From positions 1,024,001 through 1,088,000 of the forward strand of contig CAWBZI010000006.1 of assembly GCA_963793265.1 (NCBI GenBank): DNA of 64,000 nt, in the 5' to 3' direction. The translations under genes were made by a program, and so were the position numbers. Shown here in pieces: positions 55,206 to 64,000 of this stretch (the first letter of the stretch is position 1; every line of letters begins with the position of its first letter). The DNA comes from an uncultured cyanobacterium. Lineage in GTDB: Bacteria > Cyanobacteriota > Cyanobacteriia > Phormidesmidales > Phormidesmidaceae. The notes beneath the pieces were generated by a model, which worked only from the letters and a program-made list of their open reading frames with translations, had not been told where the DNA came from and did not search any database.

Positions 55206-56726
55206 ATGGTGAGTTCTCAGATTAAGAGCAGTTTGGCAGGTGATGCCGCCAGAATCCAGGCTAGCGGTAACGCCAATAGCCACGCAAGTAACCAGGATGG
55301 CGGGCAGGCCATAGGCTTTAATCCAGTTCCCGCCAGCAGATGTACGGTGCCATCGCTGCCGTCTACGCCGCTTTTTGGTACAGACGGCATTCGCGGGAAA
55401 GCAGGCACTTTGCTTACCGCTCCGCTTGCAACGCAGGTTGGGTTTTGGGCGGGCCAGGTGATGCGCGCTCAGGGAGAAACAGGCCCGGTCATTCTCGGCC
55501 AGGACTCTCGTAATTCTAGCGATATGCTAGCGAACGGACTCGCCGCTGGCCTCACAAGCGCTGGGCTTGAAGTCTGGAATATGGGCCTGTGCCCAACGGC
55601 TGCGGTCGCTTGCTTGGCGATGGAAAGTGCGGGTGGCATTATGATTTCGGCCAGCCATAATCCACCGGCTGACAACGGCATTAAGTTTTTTGGCTCGGAT
55701 GGCACAAAGCTGTCTACTACCATTCAAAAGCAAATTGAGGCTGCCATCAGAGCCCAGCGCCTTCCCGGTGATAGTCTGCTGCCTGAAACGACTGAAATGC
55801 AGTGGGGCCGCACCTATCAGCGGCCCGATTTGGTTGAGCGCTATATCGACTTTTTGCACCAGCCTTTCCAGCCTCATCCTGATTTGAGCGGGCTCAAGAT
55901 TGTATTAGATCTTGCCTGGGGTGCGGCGACTCGCGTGGCTAAGCAGGTGTTTGAGGCGACAGGCGCAGACGTGGTGATTTTGAACGGGTTGCCTGATGGC
56001 GATCGCATCAACGTAGACTGCGGCTCTACCCATTTAGGCGCGCTCACCAGCGCAGTTGCCGAACTGCAGGCCGACATCGGCTTTGCCTTTGATGGTGATG
56101 CCGACCGCGTGATGGCCGTTGACGCTCAAGGCCGTGTGATTGACGGTGACTACATTTTGTACTTCTGGGGCCAAACCCTCAAGCAGGCAGGCAAACTGCC
56201 TAACGACACGATTATTTCGACCGTGATGGCTAACCTGGGCTTTGAACGGGCCTGGCAAAAGCAGGGCGGCACATTGGTTCGCACGAACGTGGGCGATCAG
56301 CACGTGTTTGCTGAAATGGTGAACCAGGGCGCAATGCTAGGCGGCGAGCAGTCCGGCCATATTTTGTGCCATCACTACAGCCTGACGGGCGATGGTATTC
56401 TGACCGCGCTGCACATAGCTGACTTGCTCAAGCAGGCAGGCTGCTCCCTGGTAGAGCTGGTCGCACAGAGCTTTGAAACCTATCCTCAGCGCTTAGAGAA
56501 TGTGCGCGTAGAAGATCCGAACGTTCGTCGGAACTGGGGGAATTGTGATGCGTTGAAGCAGGCGATCACACAGGCAGAAGGTGCAATGGGTGACCAAGGC
56601 CGCGTTCTCGTCAGAGCCTCAGGCACTGAGCCACTCATTCGCGTGATGGTAGAAGCCGCGAATGCTGAGCTAGTCAATCACTGGACAGATAGACTAGCAG
56701 CGAAAGTGTCACAGCATCTCGCATAG
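55206..56726 (+). CDS. glmM: Phosphoglucosamine mutase
   Basis: [42 protein letters not shown] 55206 after GGAG. Confidence 0.95.
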   Translation: MVSSQIKSSLAGDAARIQASGNANSHASNQDGGQAIGFNPVPASRCTVPSLPSTPLFGTDGIRGKAGTLLTAPLATQVGFWAGQVMRAQGETGPVILGQDSRNSSDMLANGLAAGLTSAGLEVWNMGLCPTAAVACLAMESAGGIMISASHNPPADNGIKFFGSDGTKLSTTIQKQIEAAIRAQRLPGDSLLPETTEMQWGRTYQRPDLVERYIDFLHQPFQPHPDLSGLKIVLDLAWGAATRVAKQVFEATGADVVILNGLPDGDRINVDCGSTHLGALTSAVAELQADIGFAFDGDADRVMAVDAQGRVIDGDYILYFWGQTLKQAGKLPNDTIISTVMANLGFERAWQKQGGTLVRTNVGDQHVFAEMVNQGAMLGGEQSGHILCHHYSLTGDGILTALHIADLLKQAGCSLVELVAQSFETYPQRLENVRVEDPNVRRNWGNCDALKQAITQAEGAMGDQGRVLVRASGTEPLIRVMVEAANAELVNHWTDRLAAKVSQHLA

Positions 56727-56876
56727 ATGAGCAAATCGACAAATTGCATTGGTAGACAGACCTTTACGAATTCAACGCAGCAATATGAAGATTTGCAAAG
56801 CTGCTTGGGTTCGTGGTAGGTCTTATTGAAAGAAATGTCTTAACCAGTCCCTTTAATAGCCCTTTCAACAGTATCT

Positions 56877-57587
56877 ATGGCGGCAACCTTTTCTCAGCCC
56901 TCCACGTTGCAGACCTCTGCTACGCGGACGAGATCGCTTCAGGCCCATCCTAAAAAAGTCATCGCTATTGGCGACAGTCTGGTCTACGGCTATGGTGACT
57001 GCGAAGGCGGCGGCTGGGTAGATCGGCTGCGACTGGGATGGATGAACCCCGAGCAGCTAGGCCCTATTTTTTATAACTTAGGCGTGCGTGGCGATGGTGT
57101 TGTGCAGGTCGCGAAAAGGCTAGAGCAAGAGTTTTCGGGTCGCGGAGAGCTGCGTCACCGTACGCCTGAGGTGCTGGTGCTATCAGTAGGCATTAACGAT
57201 TCTGCTAGAGCAGGTCGGCCCAACGGTAGACCCGTGACTGATATCGAGACGTTTGAGCAGGTATTAAACGGGCTTTTGGCCAGATCGCGTCAGCTCTGCC
57301 CGGTATTTTTTGTCGGCATGGTACCCATCAATGAGGCCGCAATGCCCTTCGCTAACATCTTGCATTTTAGCCGCGCTGAGCAGGCCCGCTATCGCGATGT
57401 GACGCACCGGCTTTGCGCTGCTCATGGCGTGCCCTATTTAGATTTATTGGCTGCATGGGAGCAACAAGGTGATGAGTGGGTGGGCGATCGCCTCTGCTCA
57501 GACGGTCTTCATCCCAACGCGCTCGGCTACCGCAGCATTTTAGAAGCTGTCCAGACCTGGCAACCTTTTGTGAGTGCAATCCAGTAA
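56877..57587 (+). CDS. SGNH/GDSL lipase-esterase
   Basis: GDSL, NLGVRG, G.ND, DGLHPN. Confidence 0.93.
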   Translation: MAATFSQPSTLQTSATRTRSLQAHPKKVIAIGDSLVYGYGDCEGGGWVDRLRLGWMNPEQLGPIFYNLGVRGDGVVQVAKRLEQEFSGRGELRHRTPEVLVLSVGINDSARAGRPNGRPVTDIETFEQVLNGLLARSRQLCPVFFVGMVPINEAAMPFANILHFSRAEQARYRDVTHRLCAAHGVPYLDLLAAWEQQGDEWVGDRLCSDGLHPNALGYRSILEAVQTWQPFVSAIQ

Positions 57588-57595
57588 AAAGGCGT

Positions 57596-58417
57596 TCAGT
57601 CCTGCTGATTAGAGAACTGGTATGCGCCGAGAAAAGAGAGCAGGATTGCAAATACGAGCAAAATTGGAATGCTGTACCAGGGAAATTCTGAAAGTGGTTT
57701 GTAAGCAACAGCCCTGAGTCCAATCGTGGTGTAGGTCAACGGCAAAGCGTACACAATCGGCTTGAGCGTGACTGGCAGCGTCGTCGGATCGAAAAAGGTG
57801 CCACCCAAAAATGACATTGGCACAATCAGAAAATTGTTGAACAGACCAACGCTCTCTAATGACTTCACGTTAAGGCCAACGATCACGCCTAAGCCTGCAA
57901 ATACTGCGCAGTTCAAAATCACTAATAGGAAAAACAGGGGATTGATAAAGCTCCAAATTTTGCCTGTGAACAGTACGGCGACCAAAATCACGGCTGAAGC
58001 AGTCATCAGGCCGCGTACGATGCCTGCAAGCATTTTACCGAGATGCAATGCTAGCGGATGGATAGGATATAGCAGCATCTCCTCAAAGGTTTTAGAAAAA
58101 AGCCGTTCGCCGCAAATGGAGAAGGTGGTACCGCCGAAGCTAATTACCATCGAAGATAGCGCCACCATCCCTGGCAATATAAATTCCAGGTAGCTATCCC
58201 CGGCGGTTGGCTCGCTTACTTTATCGAGCGACGTACCAAGCCCTAACCCAAACGCCAAGATGTATATCAGGGGTGAAACTAACCCTGAAGCCGCGACCTG
58301 CGGAATGCGTACGCGTAGGTCTAGCCAGTCTCCCCAGAAGACAGTCAGGGTGTCTGCCAGCAGGGTTTTAAGAGAAGTTTTGGGGGCTTTAAAGGCCGGA
58401 TCAAAAGATGTTTTCAC
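57596..58417 (-). CDS. ABC-2 type transporter permease
   Basis: Six-TM pattern, YLEFILPG, PMSFLGGTFF, LPLTY. Confidence 0.9.
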   Translation of the reverse strand: MKTSFDPAFKAPKTSLKTLLADTLTVFWGDWLDLRVRIPQVAASGLVSPLIYILAFGLGLGTSLDKVSEPTAGDSYLEFILPGMVALSSMVISFGGTTFSICGERLFSKTFEEMLLYPIHPLALHLGKMLAGIVRGLMTASAVILVAVLFTGKIWSFINPLFFLLVILNCAVFAGLGVIVGLNVKSLESVGLFNNFLIVPMSFLGGTFFDPTTLPVTLKPIVYALPLTYTTIGLRAVAYKPLSEFPWYSIPILLVFAILLSFLGAYQFSNQQD

Positions 58418-58517
58418 AGAACAATATGAGGGGTAGAACCTAAGGAGTACGGACGGGGGCGGTCTACCTTATATTGTGCCGTGCTACGCGCGTATGACCT
58501 AGTGCCTTTTATGACGG

Positions 58518-59669
58518 CTATGGCAGTGGCTGTCCGAAAGGAATGGGCTCTGGCCAGCGGCTCGTCGCTCTTGAGTTCGTCACAGGTGAAATTTCAATCT
58601 CAGGAATCTCAATGTCTGAGGTTCCAGCTTCAGGAAGTTCAATCTCAGACGCTGCGACTTCAGATGCAGGCGCTACTGAAACCACTGTGGGCTCAACAGC
58701 AGGTGCATTCACAACTTCTACTTCGATCTCACCGATAAATGGAGGTTCTACAATGTCTTCGGCCAAAGGTTCTTCGACGGCAACTTCTTCAACAATGGGT
58801 GCTTCAATGACCGGGATTTTGACAATGGGTGCTTCGATAACAGGAACTTCGACAACGGGTGGTGCAGGTGGCTGAGCGATCGCAACCGATTCAGCCTCAC
58901 TATCCCTAGCAGCATCAGCCTCAACAATAGGTGGAACGAGCACTGGAATGACTTGCGCAGGCGGGCGGCTAGCCATCGGTGGGGGTGGGGCAACGGGTCT
59001 AGGTGTAGGCGATCGCACATCAATCGGCGGCACAATCACCGGCCCACTATCTGAGATTGCAGGTTCTAAAACAGGCAAATCAGGGAAATCAGAAACAGCA
59101 GCGATCGCATCGCTCGAAGATATTGCTGCTGTCGAACGATCGGTGCGCAAAGCTGCTGCCGGAGAGGCCGCATCAGATTCGACCGCCGAAACCGAGCTTT
59201 CTACGACTTGACTCGCTAATAAAGCAGGGCGAACCTGCCATTGCTTGATATCAGGATTTGGATTAGCCACAGCAATTTGAGTGGCATTTTGAGTATTTGA
59301 TAGAACGGTGCCGGGCGCAAAATCGACCGTCATCCATACGGTATCGGGATCTGCTTGTTCTACGACAACGCTTTCAACGACGCCATCAAACACAGTTTGA
59401 CCAATGGCATTGCCGACTTGAGTACCAGGAATCTCAATGAGGAGCTGGCTGTCGGAGACGACCGAGAGCGTAGGCGTGATGTCACTTGGGAGAGTAAGGG
59501 TAAGCGATCTAGTCTGTGAATCGTAGCGCCAGTCGGATAGCTTTTCGGCCAGTGCAGGCAGTACGCCAAAGCTCATAGCAAGAAGGGAGGCACCTATTGT
59601 CAGACCACCGCCACGCCAAAGCAACTGCAAAGGCAGCTTCAAGTATTTGCAGAAATATTGGTGGCTCAT
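58518..59669 (-). CDS. AMIN-domain protein with Pro/Glu/Val-rich tail
   Basis: Signal peptide, L..W.YD AMIN start, low-complexity tail ending IPFGQPLP. Confidence 0.8.
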   Translation of the reverse strand: MSHQYFCKYLKLPLQLLWRGGGLTIGASLLAMSFGVLPALAEKLSDWRYDSQTRSLTLTLPSDITPTLSVVSDSQLLIEIPGTQVGNAIGQTVFDGVVESVVVEQADPDTVWMTVDFAPGTVLSNTQNATQIAVANPNPDIKQWQVRPALLASQVVESSVSAVESDAASPAAALRTDRSTAAISSSDAIAAVSDFPDLPVLEPAISDSGPVIVPPIDVRSPTPRPVAPPPPMASRPPAQVIPVLVPPIVEADAARDSEAESVAIAQPPAPPVVEVPVIEAPIVKIPVIEAPIVEEVAVEEPLAEDIVEPPFIGEIEVEVVNAPAVEPTVVSVAPASEVAASEIELPEAGTSDIEIPEIEISPVTNSRATSRWPEPIPFGQPLP

Positions 59670-59932
59670 AGAATGCTCCCATCAATCAAATTCAATGTCA
59701 GGATACGTCAAATTTCTTAGCCGCGATATGTAAATTTTCAGGAAAACGTTAGCTTTCATTCTTGAAAATCGTTATATTCTCGCTTGCGATTCGTCATCAT
59801 AGAGACGGTCAGCAGATAGCGTCTGTATTCATAACGTCAATTGATCGCTATCAGCAAGAATTGTCCTGCTATTCGTACATTTTGCTGGCCTGACACCTGA
59901 CTTTTTACTCTGACCTTTACTAGAGCGATCGC

Positions 59933-60028
59933 ATGGAACTCCACGATTTTTTCCTCCTCATTCTTCTCCTCAGCCCCGGTCTACTTTTATCCGTCGTCGT
60001 CATGGCCGGTATGAGCGCAGGAGGCTAA
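59933..60028 (+). CDS. Putative 31-aa single-pass membrane microprotein
   Basis: Hand translation MELHDFFLLILLLSPGLLLSVVVMAGMSAGG*; below the ORF-track cutoff; stop 4 nt before the next ATG. Confidence 0.7.
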   Translation: MELHDFFLLILLLSPGLLLSVVVMAGMSAGG

Positions 60029-60032
60029 TCCA

Positions 60033-60617
60033 ATGGTTAGAACTGAATCTACAATGCTGCCGTTGGGCACCGCTGCCCCTGAGTTTTCATTAGAAGATGT
60101 CGTCAGCGGCAAAACTATTTCTTTAGACACCTTCAAAGGCAAAAAAGGACTGCTGGTAATGTTCATTTGCCAGCACTGCCCGTTTGTGAAGCACGTTGAA
60201 GATGAGCTAGGCCGTATTGGGCAAGACTACATGCCTAAAGATGTTGCGGTGCTTGCGATCAGCGCTAACAGCATCGAAAGCCATCCTCAAGACGACCCTG
60301 ATAACATGCGCGAGCAGGTAAAGCGGGCAAACTTCAACTTTCCCTATGCCTACGACGCCACTCAAGAAGTCGCCAAAAGCTACACCGCCGCCTGTACACC
60401 CGACTTCTTTTTATTCGACAGCGACTTCAAACTCGCCTATCGCGGTCAGCTAGACGACAGTCGTCCCGGCAACAATAAACCAGTTAACGGCAAAGATCTA
60501 CGAGCCGCACTCGATAAAATTGTGGCAGGAGAAGCTATTCCTGAAACGCAAAAGCCTAGCATCGGCTGCAATATTAAATGGATTCCAGGCAAAGAGCCTG
60601 CTTACTTTGGGGCTTGA
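60033..60617 (+). CDS. Thioredoxin-fold AhpC/TSA (redoxin) family protein
   Basis: FICQHCPFV, A.CTPDFF, YRGQLDDSRP, PSIGCNIKW. Confidence 0.93.
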   Translation: MVRTESTMLPLGTAAPEFSLEDVVSGKTISLDTFKGKKGLLVMFICQHCPFVKHVEDELGRIGQDYMPKDVAVLAISANSIESHPQDDPDNMREQVKRANFNFPYAYDATQEVAKSYTAACTPDFFLFDSDFKLAYRGQLDDSRPGNNKPVNGKDLRAALDKIVAGEAIPETQKPSIGCNIKWIPGKEPAYFGA

Positions 60618-60618
60618 A

Positions 60619-60906
60619 TTGAAGTTTGAATGGAACGAGCAAAAAGCACGAACAAATCAGCAAAAGCATGGCATATCGTTCAGAGAAGCAAGCACCGTCT
60701 TCTATGACGAAAATGCGCGTCTGATCTACGATACAGAGCATTCTTTGGAAGAAGATCGGTATATCATTCTGGGAATGAGTAAGTCGCTATCATCGTTAGT
60801 AGTGGTTTGTCATGTGTACAGCGATAGCGAGGACATCATTCAAATTATCTCAGCTAGGAAAGCAAATGCTAAAGAACAGCAGCAGTACAGGAGGTTCCTT
60901 CCATGA
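60619..60906 (+). CDS. brnT: BrnT family toxin
   Basis: (M)KFEWNEQK...NQQKHGISF.EA..VF.D, H...E.R, IISARKA; TTG start 1 nt after the redoxin stop. Confidence 0.9.
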   Translation: MKFEWNEQKARTNQQKHGISFREASTVFYDENARLIYDTEHSLEEDRYIILGMSKSLSSLVVVCHVYSDSEDIIQIISARKANAKEQQQYRRFLP

Positions 60907-61106
60907 AAAATGAATATGATTTCTCTGAATCGATCAAGAATCCATATACTGAGAAGCTGAAGGGATCTGCAACTGTTCAGCTTGAAGAGGACGTTGTTAA
61001 CTACTTTAGAGAGCTAGCTGAAGAAACAGGTATCCCTTACCAAAACCTAATCAATTTGTATCTGAAAGACTGCGTACAATCGCAGCGGAAACCTTCATTG
61101 GAATAG
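60903..61106 (+). CDS. brnA: BrnA/CopG-like antitoxin
   Basis: MK.EYDFS....NPY, YF..LA...GIPYQ.LINLYL; ATGA overlap with brnT. Confidence 0.88.
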   Translation: MKNEYDFSESIKNPYTEKLKGSATVQLEEDVVNYFRELAEETGIPYQNLINLYLKDCVQSQRKPSLE

Positions 61107-61117
61107 GTAGCGTAGTA

Positions 61118-61357
61118 CTAGATTTTTAGATCATTCTCGGCACTTAGCTTAAAAGAATTAATAACCTCGCACGGCCCATCTTCTGCATCGTACATCGCAG
61201 GCAATGGGTCGTTTTTTTGGGTGGGCTTCCAGTTTTGAAAGTATGCCTCTAGCGCAGAAACGATGGCTGCTTCAGGAGATTGTATATCGCTGTCGCTCTG
61301 GTATGCCTGAAGCTGAACTCGCAGCGATTGCGGCATGTTGACGGTTAGAGTTTGCAC
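61118..61357 (-). CDS. Hypothetical protein, RHH-like N-terminus
   Basis: 79 aa; LTVNMP..L...L..Y and I..ALE.YF pattern. Confidence 0.55.
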   Translation of the reverse strand: MQTLTVNMPQSLRVQLQAYQSDSDIQSPEAAIVSALEAYFQNWKPTQKNDPLPAMYDAEDGPCEVINSFKLSAENDLKI

Positions 61358-61394
61358 TGCAAAGGCACCTCGTTAAAGAACACAAAAGTTGAAA

Positions 61395-62504
61395 TCACAC
61401 GGGTAGATTGGCTCTAGGATCAAGTCGCTCAATGTTTCTTAGTTCCTGATATAGCGCTTTCTCCTCATCGTCTAGCACTGTAGGCATAACCACGTCAATT
61501 TCTACTATTTGATCACCATATAGCTCTGGGCTAATTGGATAGCCTTTGCCGGTCAGCTTAAGTAGTTGCTTGGGCTGCACGCCGGGCGGAATCATCATGT
61601 TCACCAGCCCGCCCAAGGTCGGCACCGCGATGGTACCGCCCAGTACCGCTTCGCTAGGGGTGATGGGTAACTGGCAGTAAACGTTGCCGTCTTTTAAGGT
61701 GAAGTAAGGATGGGGCTCTACCTCAATGCGCAGATATAAGTTGCCACCGTCAATGCCTTGCCCCTTGAGTCTGATGCGCTGCCCGGTCACCATACCCGGC
61801 GGCATACTTACCTCTAGCGATCGCCCATCTTCTAGCCGAATGCGCTCACGCCCACCCGCATAGGCTTTTTCTAAAGGCACGACCAAATCAGCTTCAGCGT
61901 CACGACGTGATCGCGAAGGTGGCTGCGTTCTATAAGCTGCTCGGCGGCTGTCTGTAGCCGCAGAGCCATTAGTTTTTGAGCTACTGGTAGTTGAGCCGCT
62001 TGCTGTTCGACGGCTGGTGCGATCGCTCCCGTCACGCTGAGATTTGGCAAAGTCACCCTCAGATTTACCCTCAGATCTGCGCTCAGTTTGAGTACGCCCA
62101 GACGAGGTAGCGGCCTTTTGAGCAGGCGGCGCTTGCCACATCGAATCATCGTTCGACTGATGGCGCTTCAGCAGTTGCTCGACAAAATTATCAAAGTCTT
62201 CAAACGCGCTGTACTCAGCTTCGGCTTTAGTTTTGCGCGTTTTTTTGTTCAGATTGCTCCAGTTTTTGAAGCCTTTTTGCTTCCAGTACCGACTGTACTC
62301 TTCGTAGTGCGATCGCTTATCCACATCCGAGAGCACGTCATAAGCTTCGCCAATCTGCTTAAACTTCTCTTCAGCCTCCTTATTCCCAGGATTCAAATCA
62401 GGATGATACTGCCGGGCCAGCGCCCGATAGGCTCGCTTAATTTCTTCAGCCGTCGCCTCTTTAGAGATTCCAAGAATTTCGTAATAGTCTCGAAAGTTTT
62501 GCAT
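61395..62504 (-). CDS. dnaJ: DnaJ-class chaperone (J domain + DnaJ_C, no zinc finger)
   Basis: [35 protein letters not shown]. Confidence 0.93.
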   Translation of the reverse strand: MQNFRDYYEILGISKEATAEEIKRAYRALARQYHPDLNPGNKEAEEKFKQIGEAYDVLSDVDKRSHYEEYSRYWKQKGFKNWSNLNKKTRKTKAEAEYSAFEDFDNFVEQLLKRHQSNDDSMWQAPPAQKAATSSGRTQTERRSEGKSEGDFAKSQRDGSDRTSRRTASGSTTSSSKTNGSAATDSRRAAYRTQPPSRSRRDAEADLVVPLEKAYAGGRERIRLEDGRSLEVSMPPGMVTGQRIRLKGQGIDGGNLYLRIEVEPHPYFTLKDGNVYCQLPITPSEAVLGGTIAVPTLGGLVNMMIPPGVQPKQLLKLTGKGYPISPELYGDQIVEIDVVMPTVLDDEEKALYQELRNIERLDPRANLPV

Positions 62505-62519
62505 CAATGCGTATCGCGT

Positions 62520-64000
62520 TTAAAACCACTCATCGTCATCGTTCCAATTGTCCTTAGCAGGCTGAGGACGACTGTTAGGGGCAGACCCAGCTTGATCATA
62601 GCGGGGGCGATCGCTCGGTCTATCGCTCGGTCTATCGCTCGGTCTATTGTCCTGAGGCGCTTCGTTCTGGCGATAGCTATCTTGACCATATGAATCTTGG
62701 CTATAACCGCCCTGACTGTAACCGCCCTGACTATAGCTATCCGGTTGATTATAGGCGTCCGGCTGCCTACTGCCTGGCTGCTGGTAACTATTCTGTTCGT
62801 AGGCGGGCTGATTGTAGGCATCTTGAGCATAGCCGCCCTGATCGCGATACCCTCCTTGAGGTGGCCCAGAATTGTAGCCATTACGGGGACTCTCGTTAGG
62901 TGAAGCATAGGCATCTTGACCATACGCGCCTTGATCGTACGAATTGCCTCGGTCATACGAATCGCTTGGATTATATGAATCCTGACGATACGCATCTTGA
63001 CCATAGGCATCCTGGCCATACGAATCTTGATTGCCGTAAGCGTCGCGACGATAGGGCTGCTGACCACCGGCAGGCGGTTGGCTGTAAGCGTCCTGCCCAT
63101 AGGCATCTGGACTATAGGTTCGCGGCGAGTAGTCACTGCGAGTGTCACCTGGCAGGCTACGGCCAGGCTGTTCATAGCCACCTTGCACAGGCCGATCTTG
63201 ACCGTACACATCCGCACCGTAGCGCTGGTTTTGACTGTAGGTCTGTTCGTAATTTGGCGCGGGCGGCGGAGAATTACGAGACTTTTCCCAGTCGTCGTCC
63301 CAGTCGTCCCAACTGCTGGCCTGACTGGCATTGCCCTGCCCCCAGCTTGGCGTATCCCACTGAGCCTGCTGGCCCCAGCCATTAGAATATCCGTTAGCAG
63401 GATAGCTGTCGTAGCCGCTGCCGGTGCCATAGCCACCAGGGCGGTAATAGTCGTCGTCATCTCCTGAAAATGCGCGCTTCAGGGTATCGCCAATTTGGCC
63501 TAAGATGCCGTCGCCGTCTTCGTCCATATCGTATAGATAGGCTTCACGATTGAGTTCGTACACCTCATTTTGCAAATCAGACTGGGTGATATCTATGCCG
63601 CGCTCGTCTTTTTGCTCAAGGGCAGCTCTGAGTTCTTGCACCAAAGTTTCGATGCGGCGGCGGCGATCGCGCGCAAACTGCATTCCAAAATCAATCGCCA
63701 CTTCTCTAAGCACGCGCTCGGCCTTAAAGGTCAGCGCCTCTGCCCGATTGCGTTTCTCAATCCGCTCACGCTGCAGTCGATCGGTCGCGGCATTCTCCTC
63801 AGCCGCCCGAATCATGTCTTGAATATCAGCCTCAGACAAATTCGAGGCTTCTTGCACCGTAATGCTCTGCTGCCGCCCGGTTGTCTTATCTAGCGCCGAC
63901 ACCTGCAAAATACCGTTCGCATCAATATCAAACGATACCTGCACCTGCGGAATGCCACGCGGCGCGGGTGGAATGCCCATCAGCTTAAAGCGGCCCAAAG
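62520..64000 (-). CDS. dnaK: DnaK (Hsp70), DnaK3-type, 5' part outside the window, very long low-complexity C-terminus
   Basis: GIPPAPRGIPQVQVSFDIDANGIL; ends WNDDDEWF like cyanobacterial DnaK3; adjacent dnaJ. Confidence 0.95.
   Translation of the reverse strand, partial: LGRFKLMGIPPAPRGIPQVQVSFDIDANGILQVSALDKTTGRQQSITVQEASNLSEADIQDMIRAAEENAATDRLQRERIEKRNRAEALTFKAERVLREVAIDFGMQFARDRRRRIETLVQELRAALEQKDERGIDITQSDLQNEVYELNREAYLYDMDEDGDGILGQIGDTLKRAFSGDDDDYYRPGGYGTGSGYDSYPANGYSNGWGQQAQWDTPSWGQGNASQASSWDDWDDDWEKSRNSPPPAPNYEQTYSQNQRYGADVYGQDRPVQGGYEQPGRSLPGDTRSDYSPRTYSPDAYGQDAYSQPPAGGQQPYRRDAYGNQDSYGQDAYGQDAYRQDSYNPSDSYDRGNSYDQGAYGQDAYASPNESPRNGYNSGPPQGGYRDQGGYAQDAYNQPAYEQNSYQQPGSRQPDAYNQPDSYSQGGYSQGGYSQDSYGQDSYRQNEAPQDNRPSDRPSDRPSDRPRYDQAGSAPNSRPQPAKDNWNDDDEWF

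Noticed and set aside
60520..60618. Long brnT start overlapping the redoxin gene
   Set aside because: BrnT proteins begin at about M.FEW; TTG 60619 fits
62504..63460. 318-aa alternative-frame ORF inside dnaK, plus antisense ORFs, whose stop overlaps the dnaJ ATG
   Set aside because: The repetitive TAT GGT CAA GAT GCC codons give stop-free shadow frames; the product has no recognisable features and the DnaK frame ends in the expected acidic-Trp motif

Overview
Chromosomal DNA from an oxygenic cyanobacterium: it carries phycobilisome genes, ycf54, hli, cyAbrB and frequent HIP1 GCGATCGC octamers. A filamentous Leptolyngbya/Phormidesmis-like lineage is my inference only. The window is mostly housekeeping: a cyanoexosortase B/EPS export cluster (DegT, crtB, accessory protein, wza, wzc), ycf54, crtE, folD, cobH-cbiET, apcE-apcABC, the atp1-a-c-b'-b-delta-alpha-gamma operon, rsmI, a CcmR/NdhR-type LysR with an ATAG-N8-CTAT box, holA, obgE, nth, three tRNAs (Tyr, Thr, His), rpe, an S8 peptidase, cbiX-cobA, a RluA-family synthase, cpcG, mobA, dxs, lptA-lptB-lptF/G, glmM and dnaJ with a partial dnaK. 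I found no CRISPR array, rRNA, transposase or prophage, and no clear-cut novel multi-gene system. The best leads are: (1) a DnaK3-type Hsp70 with a ~310-aa Tyr/Gly/Gln/Ser/Asp prion-like tail; (2) an unannotated 31-aa membrane microprotein heading a tightly coupled microprotein-redoxin-brnT-brnA unit; (3) a 5'-truncated higB remnant plus intact higA inside a small accessory patch after the atp terminator, next to a PL11-like lipoprotein; (4) switch-like RNA structures upstream of glmM and between apcB and apcC; (5) many unrelated 12-18 bp tandem duplications. Two genes carry +1 frameshifts that may be assembly errors.
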